A stretch of DNA of 64,000 bases, taken from the NCBI RefSeq assembly GCF_035084215.1, contig NW_027139623.1:2170001-2234000 (forward strand), in the 5' to 3' direction. Below, piece after piece: positions 49,748 to 64,000 of the stretch (positions are counted from its first letter, which is position 1; every line of letters begins with the position of its first letter). Both the position numbers and the translations under genes were made by a program. Below the pieces are notes generated by a model. That model searched no databases. It saw only the letters and a list, made by a program, of their open reading frames with translations, and was not told where the DNA came from. This DNA is from Heptranchias perlo. Taxonomy: Eukaryota.

Positions 49748-51029
49748 ACCCACCGCCTCACAGAGAGAGCACTGACCTGGGAACTGGTGCGGGATATATG
49801 GGGCGGGGGAATAGTTTTATAATTAAGGAGTTTTCTGGAACACACAGTACGGTGACGTTGGATCGGCGGCGTGCTGCACCGGTTACTGAGAGGAAAATTT
49901 CCCTTATTGAGTGCACTGAATTGTCCAGGGAACGTTACAAGTGAGTTTACCCGGACCTGCATTTCCCCCCTCAGTGAAATGCTCCTTCACTCCATTCGCT
50001 CTGTTTTGGTTCTATTTATCAGTCAGATGTTGTGATGTGGGACCGGGGGTTTCCATGGGAGAACAGGTTAAGCTGAGCCGCTGTGATAAGGGCCCAGTTT
50101 GTGATATGGATTTTCCCTCTCACGGTTGTTTCTGACACTGATACTGAGAGGGTTTGTGAAATTGAACCGTTTGAGCTCAGTCATTGGGGACCTGGAATTA
50201 CCACAGGCCCAACTCTCAAAGCCCGCTCCAAACTGAGACTACTTCTCATTGGTTGCTTTGCTTGAAAACTAATTTCCTTAACCAATCGGAGAGACGTCAA
50301 TAAGAAAACAGAGCAATTTATTGGCCAGAATTGACCGATTTTTTTAAATTTGAAAAAGGCCGCCAATTTCAGTGTATGAAATCAGTGAATTACTCGGCCA
50401 TGTCGTTTTCAGACAAAGACTTAAAATCTCTTTGTAATAATGTTATTCCGTATTACACGTCCCAGATTCCTAGCGCTGTTTTAAAATCACATTGTCCATA
50501 ATTTGCGGAATAAAACCCCATTCATAGATTGCTGACATGGACAAATTTCACTTCTACCTGTAAAAATAACAAATTACAGGTTATCGATTGATTCCGTTGC
50601 AGGGACTGAACAGGAGCCGCGTGTCCTGAAAACGGAATCATTGACGAAGCCTGAAAACGAGCCTATTTTCTCCAAGACGTTCATTCTGGATTGTGACACT
50701 GCGGGGAACGTGCTGCTAATATGTGGGATATTAATATCAGTAATTAATTATTTCAGAGATTGGCTCCGCAGTGAGAAAGAGGAAGGAACTGAATTCTGAT
50801 TCTTAGCCCTGAAAGTGATTGTTAACGTGAAAACCGGGTGCGGTGTAAATCTGAATGAGAGCAAGAGCAAAGCAAAAGGGGAATTGAACGGACCCCGGGC
50901 CCGTATTCACTTTATTGGGTCGTAAATTCTACAGAGACAAACATTAAAATGGGGCGGTTTCACTGACTTTCTTTCAATTTCCCCAATAGATTCAAAGGAT
51001 GATGACCGAGTAAAGCAGCAATTCTGAAT

Positions 51030-51290
51030 CTCAGTCTCTGGTCCTGTGTGTGAGTGTTGGATTCATTCTGTATCTGTCAGTCTCTGGTGCTGTGTGTGAG
51101 TGTGGGATTCATTCTGTATCTGTCAGTCTCTGGTGCTGTGTGTGAGTGTGGGATTCATTCTGTATCTGTCAGTCTCTGGTGCTGTGTGTGAGTGTGGGAT
51201 TCATTCTGTATCTGTCAGTCTGTGGTACTGTGTGTGAGTGTGGGATTCATTCTGTATTTCTCAGTGTGTGGAACTGTATGTGAGTGTGAG
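51030..51290 (-). repeat. 46-bp minisatellite in inverted orientation
   Basis: Reverse complement of the 46-mer, about five units. Confidence 0.9.
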
Positions 51291-53660
51291 AGGGCAGGGA
51301 CCTTTGTACAGGTCAGGTTTCTAATCCCCTCTCCCATGGGACTAACCTTTCAACCGAAACCCAACTGCCGCTGTTTAAAATGTATCCTTCACAGTTCTCA
51401 CCTGGTGCCTTCAATAGATGCTCTTTGTATAACTCCCCACATCCTTACTGTCCGGCTCTGTTTCCACTCTTCACTGTCCAACCACAGAGTGAGACTGGAA
51501 CTAAACCAGGAACATTCACTATTGCTTTGGGGGGAGAAAGCAGCAATGATTTTAAATAGCAGGTTCTTCCCATTCTGAGTGTGAAACGGACACACTGGTG
51601 GGAATGTGAGACTGATATTGTGCCTCTCTGTGTCTCTGTCTCTTGCGCTGTACATGAAGGTGGGATACTGTTACTGAGCGTGAAACGGACACACTGATAG
51701 GAAGTGTGAGACTGATACTGTGTCTGTGTGTATGTCTCTCTGTTTGTCTGTCGGTCTTTCTTTCTCTCTCTCTCTAGTGCTGTACATGAAAGCAGGATAC
51801 TGTTAAATAGCGTAATATAGACACCCTGTTGTAAGGTAAAGACTCATTCTGTGTCTGTGAACAGACCTCCGGTTCTGTTGGTCAGACGGTCACTGTCCCT
51901 TCTATTATGTATGAGCCGGTCTGACGGTGCATTTCCCTGTCTCCAGTCCAGTAAGGAAAGTTGGAGAGAAACAGCCTGTAACTGTCTGACACTGGACTGC
52001 CTGTTAGTGTTGAATATATTCAGTAACTAGCCGTCTCAGGGGATTGAGAACGGGACGGATAGGACACCAGTTATGATTGTCTGTCAGTCAGTTTAGTAGG
52101 AGAGAGAGACACAGAGAGATTGGAGGAGCCCAGAGCGGATAATTTGTATTTTCATCTTAATCAAACATATTTCTGTGTCGAACAATATAATAATGTAAAA
52201 CCAGGTGTGGATTATGACATCCACAGCTGTGATTGGATCCTGCCCCTGAATCTGGGGACCAGACACTGTGAGGAGCGCTGGCCTCAGAGTGTTTAACAGT
52301 GACTGAGCTGGGAAACTACAACTAACCCCCGAGAATCTGCAGCACAGGCCGAGCGGGGAGGAAAGCCTGTCCCGGGAATTGTCAATCTGGCGAACAGTTT
52401 GTCCTGTGAATGTGAAGATGTGAACATTGTGTCAGAGAGAGTGTGTTAAAGGGGCGGGCGGGTTAGATTAATGTCACTGTGTTTGTGTGGCCGGTCTCAT
52501 CGCCGGATTTCCAAGTCTATTTTGAGTAAAATTTAAAAAAATCCCTGTCAAAGGAACGCCCTCCTCCACTGCCGAGCTCCGAAGTGGAAATTTAAGGTAA
52601 AGTTTCAGATCAATTCAAGATTTCAGCCGAAAAACGGAGATCATGTCAGCGATCGGGTGAGAGAGCGCGATCAGTGCAGCAATGAAACGGGTTTAAATCG
52701 AAACTGGTGCTTTTAATTCCGGTGAAAGTTTATCGACAGCAAACATACCGGTGTTAGAGATGGGAAGGGGCTAGTCTGGGACTCTGGAGTGCCCGATTTG
52801 AATTGGAATCGGGGAGTTTAAGAGGAGAGAGAAACACAGAGAGGCTGGAGGGGCCGGGAGCTGACAGCAGGATGTCTCCGCCCCGTCCGCTCTGTGCCTT
52901 TAAGTTGCTCTGTGCCGCCGCCTCTCGTTTCATTTCTGACCCAGCTCTGACTGTCAGAGAGATTTTCGACAGAGTCCCGGACATGACAGACACTGCAGCC
53001 GCCGAAACGGCACCTCCTGCCGCCGCCACCGCTCAAGCCAAAGCTCTGAAGAAGAAGAAGGCGGTTCCCCGACCCAAGTCCACCGGTCCCCCGTTGGGCG
53101 AACAGATCCTCAAGATTGTGGGGGAGTGCAAGGATCGCAAGGGGATATCCCTGGCCGCGATAAAGAAGGTTCTGGCGACCAAAGGCCTGGATGTGGAGAA
53201 GCTCCGGTCCCAGATCAAATTAAGTATCAAGAGAAATGTGGAAAAAGGCTCCCTGGTGCAGATCAAGGGCACGGGCGCCTCGGGCTCCTTCAGAGTCGCT
53301 AAGAAGGAAACCCAGGCAAAAGTGGTAAAGAAGGTGAAGAAACAAGTGACCAAGAAATCTCCCGGAAAGAAACCAGCGGCCAAAAAAACAGCGGTCAAGA
53401 AATTAACGGCCAAGAAACCAGCGGTCAAGAAATCGACCACGAAAAAGGCGGCGAAATCACCAATTAAGAAGAAAGCGGCGGCGAAGAAGCCCAAGACCCC
53501 CAAGACAGTGAAGGCGAAGGCGAAGAAGGTGGAAAAACCGAGGGCCAAGCCCAAGCCGAAGTCAGCAAAGCCCAAGAAAGCAGCGGGCAAAAAGAAATAA
53601 AAAATCAAGTGCAACTTGTGACCATCTGAACCCAACGGCTCTTCTCAGAGCCACCCACGT
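51290..53660. repeat. Inverted, internally deleted copy of the H1 cassette
   Basis: Reverse complement of ~31078-33130 joined to the reverse complement of the ~34340-34630 type segment; the NRF1 promoter part is missing. Confidence 0.85.
52983..53600 (+). CDS. H1: Histone H1, copy 3 (205 aa)
   Basis: Complete ORF from ATG 52983; AAACACA H1 box ~52832; stem-loop and HDE present. Confidence 0.95.
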   Translation: MTDTAAAETAPPAAATAQAKALKKKKAVPRPKSTGPPLGEQILKIVGECKDRKGISLAAIKKVLATKGLDVEKLRSQIKLSIKRNVEKGSLVQIKGTGASGSFRVAKKETQAKVVKKVKKQVTKKSPGKKPAAKKTAVKKLTAKKPAVKKSTTKKAAKSPIKKKAAAKKPKTPKTVKAKAKKVEKPRAKPKPKSAKPKKAAGKKK

Positions 53661-53677
53661 CTCTCAGAAAAGAGCTG
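53637..53677 (+). terminator. Histone stem-loop plus HDE (H1 copy 3)
   Basis: GGCTCTTCTCAGAGCC 53637-53652, ACCCA, AAAAGAGCTG 53668-53677. Confidence 0.92.
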
Positions 53678-54504
53678 ATCCCGGAATCAAATGATTCCTG
53701 TCCCGGGGCCGGGCTCAGATTTCAGACAGAAATCATTTCAAATAAACCCAGGGTCCCGGTGACTCGCTGACATTCGCTATTCCCGCCACACCCCCACTGT
53801 CTGAAATAAAATAGAGAGAATGGGATGTCCGGGCCGGGCCTCACTGGAACTGGCGTGTGTTCGGCTCCAGTCCCAGTTCATTTTTTCTCACAGATTCAGG
53901 GAGAGAGTCCGTGACAGGGTAAAACTGGCGGAGATCCGCCGCTATCACAATTCAAACCCCAACACATGAGATTCTCCAAATCAGCTGGAATAAAGTGTTT
54001 GTAAACTGCTGAACCCGTCTGGGAGGGGATGTGTGGGGAGATCGAATCGGGTCTGGGACTGAAATGGAAGGAGGCGGGTTGACTTGTTCTGGAAGGGACT
54101 GTATTTACGCAGGAATATTACTGACTGTTAATTGTAACGGGGCTTATTTAAAAGCTCCGGGTTTCTGTGAATCCTTGAATATGAAGCCCGAGTCTGTCAG
54201 GGTTTGTGCGGAGCGCTGTGTTTCGGTTCTATTATCGATAAACGGTTTGAAATTGGCGGGTGGAGAAAGCTGGAGGTGGAGCTGGAAGATCAGAGGCCGC
54301 TCTCCGCTCTGTCCGTCACACTGACTCTCTCCTCCCCTCCCTGTTTAATATCTCACTCTGTCTCCTCCCCTCTCTGTTTAATATCTCACCCTGTCTCCTC
54401 CCCTCCCTGTCTCACCCTATTTCTTTCTCAGTCAGGTCGGTGCAGGTTGCATAAAAACGGAACCAGCATAATGTTCGCTATTCATTCAGCAGTGATTTGA
54501 GTGA

Positions 54505-56436
<1,932 letters not shown>

Positions 56437-56974
56437 ACAACTCGACCCTTTCAAACCGAACACAAAACAAAGGCTCTTCTAAGAGCCGCCCACCGCCTCA
56501 CAGAGAGAGCACTGACCTGGGAACGGGGAGAGGAGAGATCTCGGGATGGGGAATCAGTTTCCGATATTTAATTATTATGGGGAGATTCCCCAACACTCGG
56601 TACAGGGAGATCAGAAACAACGGACGGGGTTCTGGGCCATCCCGAGAGAAGGAGCCGAATTCCCGGTTTCACGGTATGAATGAATAGGCGGGGATACAGA
56701 GTCTTTCCCCAGACATTACATTCTCCGCTCAGAGTAAAATCCCTCCTCACTCCCTCTCCCGCTGTGTCCTCTCTGCTCGGTCTTTATTTCCTGCCCTCAT
56801 TCAATTATCAGTTCGATGTGAAGTTTCTGTTTGAGGAGCGGTTCACCGTGCCGGAACTGGCGGGATTTTTGAAATTGAAGCTGGACTTTGTCTCGTTACG
56901 GAAAACAATGACCGGGGATTTATTCCCGCCCGTTTACAGACAGATCAGGACCGGAATGTGAAACAGCCTGAGGC

Positions 56975-59900
56975 TTTCCTCCCCGCTCGGCCTGTGCTGC
57001 AGATTCTCGGGGGTTAGTTGTAGTTTCCCAGCTCAGTAACTGTTAAACACTCTGAGGCCGGCGCTCCTCACAGTGTCTGGTCCCCAGATTCAGGGGCAGG
57101 AGCCAATCACAGCTGTGGATGTGATTATCCATATCTGGTTTTACAGGATTGTATTGTTCGCACACAGAAATATATGTGGTTCAGTTAAAAATACAAATTA
57201 CCCGCTCTGGGCTCCTCCAGTCTCTCTGTGTTTCTCTCTCCTCCTCAACTGACTGACAGACAATAGTAACAGGTGTCATATGAATCCCAATCTCAACACC
57301 CAGAGACGGCGAGTTACTGAATAAATTCAACACTAACAGGCAGTCCAGCTAAACAATTACAGTCTGTTTCTCTCCACCTTTCCTTACTGGACTGGAGACT
57401 GATAAATGCACCGTCAATCCGGTTTATGCGTAATAAAACGACAGTGACCGTCTCACCAACAGCACCGGAGGTCTGTTCACAGACATAGAATCAGTCTTTC
57501 CCTTTCTATTAGTGTGTCCATATAACGGTCAGTAACAGTATCCCGTCTTCATGTGCAGCACTAGAGACAGAGAAAGACAGACAGACATACAAAGACACAC
57601 AGACAGACAGACACAATATCAGTCTCAAACTTCCCACCAGTGTGTCTGTTTCACGCTCAGTTAATTGTATTCCATCTTCAAGTTCAACGCTAGAGAGAGA
57701 GAGACAGAGAGAGACAGGCATATTGTCAGCCTTACGCTTCCTATCAGTATGTCCGTTTCACGCTCAGGAACAGTATCCCGCCTTCACATACTGAACAAGA
57801 GAGAGAGAGAGAAACTGACCTGTAATTTCCCGTTTTCACCCAGTAACAAACAGGGAAATATTCCATTCCAATTTTTATTCCACAGAAGAGTGACAGAAGA
57901 TGCAGTCTCATCTCTCACTGATATTATTTCAGAGGCAGACACATTATTAATCCCACTCTCAGGGACAGTGTCACACATTTAACCCTCTCTTGTGTGTTGT
58001 ACCCTCAGCAATCTTGCAGCTCAGGGCCGTTCGGTCTTACTCTCAGTGACCAAGAGTTTCACTCCGATTGAAATAAATTGGGTCTGTTGCTGTCAGATAT
58101 TAATCCTACTCGGTCCCAGCAAATACACCGACTCTCACTTTCCTCCCCTGTTTCTCCAGGATTGGTTTGAGAAATCCTCCCTCCAGTTTCGGAGTCACGC
58201 GTTGCTTTATCAGTCAGAGAGCCAAGAATGAACAGAATCCATTGGTTCGTTACACAGCCGCCCACTTTATCTCTGGAAGACTCTTTACCATCAAAAGATA
58301 CGGAGAGAAACAGCAGGGATGGAAACATCTAGTTTAATAGTTAGAGATTGTAAAGTCAGTCTGGATTCCAGCGTTAGGCACTGGTGGAATCCCATCTGTT
58401 TTCCATTCTGGTGCCTGTTCCTGCACTGCCTGTGGACCCCATTCCCTCTGACCTTTCCCCCAGACCCACTTCCTTTGCTCAGACTCGGAAAAATTCCAAT
58501 TGGGGAAAGTTTCCATCGATTTTTGTATTGGGAATTAAACCAGATATATGCGCATGCGTGACTCAGCCCCGCCCCCAGCGCTGGTTGTTGGGGAGCAGAA
58601 GAGCGCATGCGCGCTGCCCTCCCCCAGCTCGGCCTGTGGGCGCCATTCCCTCAGTGAGCGGAAGAAGATGGTTTAAAACAGCCGGGAATGGAGAGATCAC
58701 GGCCCCCGGGGGAAGGGAGCAAAGAGCAGCCTCGTTACAGCAGCTCATCGCTTCGGGACCGTGTCCGCAGATGGGCTCAGAGATCGGCATTGAGTCCGGG
58801 GGAAGGGCAGGGGGAGTCCGGGGGCTGTTTGTAAGAGGCGGAGTGGATCAGGAACTGGTCCCGGAACATGGAGTGAGCGGGGGAAGGGAGAGGTCATTCT
58901 CGGGCTGTGTGTGTCCAGGGTGTGTCCAGGGTAAGGGAGAATGGGAAGAACCTGCTATTTAAAATCATTGCTGCTTTCTCTCCCCAAACCAGTAGTGAAT
59001 GTTCCTGGTTTAGTTCCAGTCTCACCCGGTTTATTGTTATTGGACAGTGAAGAGTGGAAACAGAGCCGGACAGTAAGGATGTGGGGAGTTATACAAAGAG
59101 CATCTATTGCAGGCATCAGGTGAAAAATGTGAACGGCACATTTTAAACTGCGCCTGCTTTGTTTCAGTTGAACAGTTAGTCCCATGGGAGAGGGGATTAG
59201 AAATCTAACATGCCCCATCGGGTAGTCCCATTCATGGACCAGTTCAGGGGTTGGGTTGTCTCTGGATGTCACTAAATTGTTGTAAAACAGCCCAACACAC
59301 CTGGTGTGCAGAAGCTGAGTCCTGTCGTCGTGCAGTGGAGTCAGATGCTGACACTGTTTGTACGGCTTGTTTTCACAATGATTATTAAAAGAGAGATTAA
59401 TTGATCACTTTTGTATTTTCCACCTCACCTGTTCTTGAGTTACAAGACATACTTTTTCTTTCGACAGGCAAAACCTTGAAGGACCCAGAATAAATGTCAT
59501 GTTTCCTCCACTCGAGGCACAAGGAACAGTCGGTACATTATCACTCACAGAGCACAGAGACACAGACAGGTCATCAGTTTCTCAGTCTCAGACAGTAGAA
59601 GTAGTCAGTCCCACACTGATCCCAAGTACCACAGACACACTTTCAATTGAACAGTCGGAGGAGAGGCACATATTGTTTACATTTCACCCCAACTCAGTAG
59701 AACTGCCAGTTAGATCCATAAATCCCAGTCCAATATCACACCACCATCAGATTGAAAGGCACTGTGTCAATTTCACAATAGTGCAGCCAAAGCTAGAAAT
59801 TGAATAACTGATAGAACTGACACACGGTGCCCGATTGAAAGATACAACATTAGCCTCAATAATGTAAACCAAGATTCATCTCAAATAACGAGCAAAAGAT
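56975..59900. repeat. Segmental duplication cassette, copy lacking H1
   Basis: Colinear with ~1105-4150 and ~32372-35320, including the NRF1-type promoter at ~58549. Confidence 0.87.
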
Positions 59901-62900
59901 GCAGTATCCATCCCAATTCTGTAACGTGAGATACAAATTACAGACAAGTCCAAAACTCACACACAGTATCAGAGTGAGAGATGCTGAGAGATAATATGAC
60001 CTGAGAAACAAAATCAGATACCAGTTCAGAACTCACCCATTTTATGAAACTGAAAGTTACAATTTCAATTCGATTAGACCCAGAGCAACACATTACATAG
60101 AAGTGCTAAAGTCTCGTACAGTGACACCCTGAATGATACAGTATCAATTCCATTAGTGCAATCTGAGCTACACATTACATAGCAATCCAAAAATCTCTCA
60201 CAGTATTGGACTGAAAGATACAGTATCAATTCCATTCGTGCAGACTGAGCGACACATCACAGAGCAATCCAAAAATCTCAGTGTGAAACTGAGATCCAGT
60301 ATCAATTCCATTAGTGTTCGCTGTGATACAGGTTTAATATTGATACAAAAGGGCAGACAGCTTTTCTCATTAAAACCTGTGGCAAGTAATTCTAATGTGC
60401 AAAATATTTACAAAATTAACTCCTATGGGGAATACTATTTATAGGTTTATATATAAAAGATAGAGTTTCAAACACCAAACTGTAAACTGAGTTCCAATTA
60501 AAATACAGACAAGGAATTAATCCTGACTTGTGCACTGATCCAGAGACTGACAGATCCCCAATCAATCCCAGATTCTCATACTGTACCAGAGAGTGACAGA
60601 TACAGAATGAATCCCACACTCACACACAGTACCAGAGACTGACAGATACAGAATGAATCCCACACTCACACACAGGACCAGAGACTGACAGATACAGAAT
60701 AAATCCCACACTCACACACAGGACCAGAGACTGACAGATACAGAATAAATCCCTCACTCATATGCAGGACCAGAGACTGACAGATACAGAATAAATCCCA
60801 CACTCACACACAGGACCAGAGACTGACAGATACAGAATGAATCCCTCACTCATATACAGGACCAGAGACTGACAAATACACAATGAATCCCAAACTCACA
60901 GACTGTACCAGACAGTGACAGATACAGAATGAATCCCACACTGACAAACAGGACCAGAGACTGACGAATACAGAATGAATCCCACACTCACAGACTGTAC
61001 CAGACAGTGACAGATACAGAATGAATCCCACACTGACAAACAGGACCAGAGACTGAAAGATACTGAATGAATCCCACACTCACACACAGGACCAGAGACT
61101 GACAGATACAGAATGAATCCAACACTCACACACAGTACCAGAGACTGACAGATACAGAATGAATCCCACAATCACACACAGTACCAGAGACTGACAGATA
61201 CAGAATGAATCCCAGACTCACACACAGCACCAGAGACTGACAGATACAGAATGAATCACACACTCATATACAGGACCAGAGACTGACAGATACAGAATTA
61301 ATCCCACACTCATATACAGGACCAGAGGCTGACAGATAGAGAATGAATCCCACACTCACACACAGTACCAGAGACTGACAGATAGAGAATGAATCCCTCA
61401 CTCATATACAGGACCAGAGACTGACAAATACAGAATGAATCACACACTCACAGACTGTACCAGACAGTGACAGATACAGAATGAATCCCACACTGACAAA
61501 CAGGACCAGAGACTGACAGATACCGAATGAATCCCACACTCACACAGTACCAGAGACTGACAGATACTGAATGAATCCCACACTCACACACAGTACCAGA
61601 GACTGACAGATAAAGAATGAATCCCACACTCACACGCAGTACCAGAGACTGACAGATACAGAACGAATCTCACACTCACACACAGTACCAGAGACTGACA
61701 GATACTGAATGAATCCCACACTCACACACAGTACCAGAGACTGACAGATAAAGAATGAATCCCACACTCACACGCAGTACCAGAGACTGACAGATACAGA
61801 ACGAATCTCACACTCACACACAGTACCAGAGACTGACAGATACAGAATGAATCTCACACTCACACACAGAACCAGAGACTGACAGATACGGAATGAATCC
61901 CACACTCACACACAGCACCAGAGACTGACAGATACAGAATGAATCCCACACTCACACACAGCACCAGAGACTGAGAGATACAGAATGAATCCCACACTTC
62001 CAACAGAACCAGTGACTGAGAGATGCAGAATGATTCTCACACTCACATAAATTACCAGAGACTTAGATATACAGAATCAATCCCACAGTCACAAACAGGA
62101 CCAGTGACTGACAGATACAAAGCCTCACTTTCATATAGTATCAGCGAGTGACGGTTACAGAATCATTCCCACACTCACACACAGTTCCAGAGACAGTGAT
62201 ACAGAATCATTCCCACACTCACACACAGTTCCAGAGACAGTGATACAGAATCATTCCCACACTCACACACAGTTCCAGAGACAGTGATACAGAATCATTC
62301 CCACACTCACACACAGTTCCAGAGACAGTGATACAGAATCATTCCCACACTCACATACTGTAACAGAACCTGACAGATACAGAATGAGTCACTCACTCAG
62401 ATACAGTTCCATAGACTGACAGATACTGAATGAATCCCACACTGGACCAGAGACTGACAGATACTGAATGATTCCCACACTCACACACAATACCAGAGAC
62501 TGACAGATACAGAATGAATCCCACACACACACAGGACCAGAGACTGACAGATACAGAATGAATCCCACACACACACAGGACCAGAGACTGACAGATACAG
62601 AATGAATCCCACACACACACAGGACCAGAGACTGACAGATACAGAATGAATCCCACACACACACAGGACCAGAGACTGACAGAGACAGAATGAATCTCAC
62701 ACTCACTAACAGTACCAGAGACTGACAGATACAGAATGAATCTCACAATCACATTACTGCAGACTGAGTTGCGCATTACATACCAGTCCAAAAATCTCAT
62801 AGTGTCAGATTGAAAGATACAGTGTCAATTCCATTGGTGCAGACTGAGCTACATATTCGATATATTGGTAATACTCATGTTATACTGAAATAAACATTAT

Positions 62901-63942
62901 CAATACCATTGGTACAGACTGAGCTACACATTACATTCGAGTCCACAAACCCCATAAATGATCAGACTGGAAGCTATAGTTTAAATTCTATTCACACCAC
63001 CTGAGCTAAAATTATATAACAGCCCAACAATCTCATACAATATTAGACTGAAAGATACAGTATCGATTCCGTGAGTGCAGACAGGGCCACAGATTATATA
63101 GCAGTCCAACAATGTCACAACATATCAGACTCAAAGATACAATTTCAATTCCATTAGCCTAGACTGAGCTATATGTTACTCACCAGTCCAAAAGTCTCTC
63201 ACACTGTTAGACTCCGACACAGAATTAATCCCATTATTGCAGTCTTAGCTACACATTACATACTAGTCCAATAATTTCAACGTGAACAGATTGAAAGGTA
63301 CATTATCATTCACAATAGAGTTCAGAGATTAAGATGTAATACCACTCCAAAACTCACACACATTGTTTGATTAAAGAAAATCGAAAAGTGTATCCATATT
63401 ATCAAATCAAATACTCGACAAAGAACTGTATATAATTTGGAGTGTTAATGATACAGTTTCAAGTACGATACTCTGAACTGAAATAAGAATATGGAATGAA
63501 TTCAGACTTGCACATTGTCTCAGAGACTGAATTACATAATGAATCCCACACTGAGATAAAGCAGCAGAGAATGGCAGATACAGAATGAATCCCACTCACA
63601 CAGACAGGACCAGAGACTGACAGGTACATAGTTAATTCCACACTCACACACAGCACCAGAGACTGGCAGTGATGGAATTAACCTCACACTGACATAAAGC
63701 ACCAGAGACTGTCAGATACAGAACAAACCCCACTCTCATATACAGTACCAGAGACAGACAGACAGGTACAGAATAAGCACCACTCTCAAAAACGGTACCA
63801 GAGACAGACAGATACAGAATAAACCTCACTCTCATATACAGTACCAGAGACTGACAGATACAAAATAAACCCCACTCTCATACACAGTACCAGAGACTGA
63901 CAGATACAGAATAAACCCCACTCTCATATACAGTACCAAAAA
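59900..63942 (+). repeat. Composite 82-bp/46-bp minisatellite
   Basis: Long 46-mer run ~60560-62740; 62740-64000 is near-identical to ~39385-40951 apart from fewer terminal 46-mers. Confidence 0.92.
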
Positions 63943-64000
63943 CTGACCTCTACTGGACGTAAGCGAGAACTGTAAAAAAGCGGAACAAATTCACATTATC

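Noticed and set aside
52803-52982. 60-aa N-terminal extension of H1 in the ORF track (also 31753-31932; similar extension for H2A at 47843)
   Set aside because: Starts at TTG/GTG inside promoter sequence; the real starts are the downstream ATGs
60400-63840. Many short hydrophobic ORFs (VGFILYLSVSG...) resembling membrane peptides
   Set aside because: Translations of the 46-bp satellite, whose unit length is not a multiple of three

Overview
Vertebrate genomic DNA, most likely a cartilaginous fish (inferred from the HER1/CR1-type LINE tails, the Penelope-type fragments, the single-exon MEKP-type C2H2 ZNF and the GPR139-like receptor). The window is a rearranged, partly decaying replication-dependent histone locus. 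It holds three H1 copies, an H2B with ATA in place of ATG, an H2A that appears to read through its stop, one intact H4 ORF, a second H4 split by a 5'-truncated Tx1-clade retrotransposon with a 17-bp TSD, and no H3. Interleaved are a ~2.2-kb tandem array with six tRNA-Ala genes or pseudogenes, a 13-finger ZNF gene with probable non-coding upstream exons, a two-exon orphan class A GPCR, a tectonic (TCTN1/3-like) exon near an RFX X-box CpG island, 36/39/46/63/82-bp minisatellites, many LINE fragments, Penelope-type insertions with hammerhead-like cores, and repeated CTCF-like sites at or just downstream of satellite ends. Everything was read by eye: family assignments are not database-verified and repeat boundaries are approximate.
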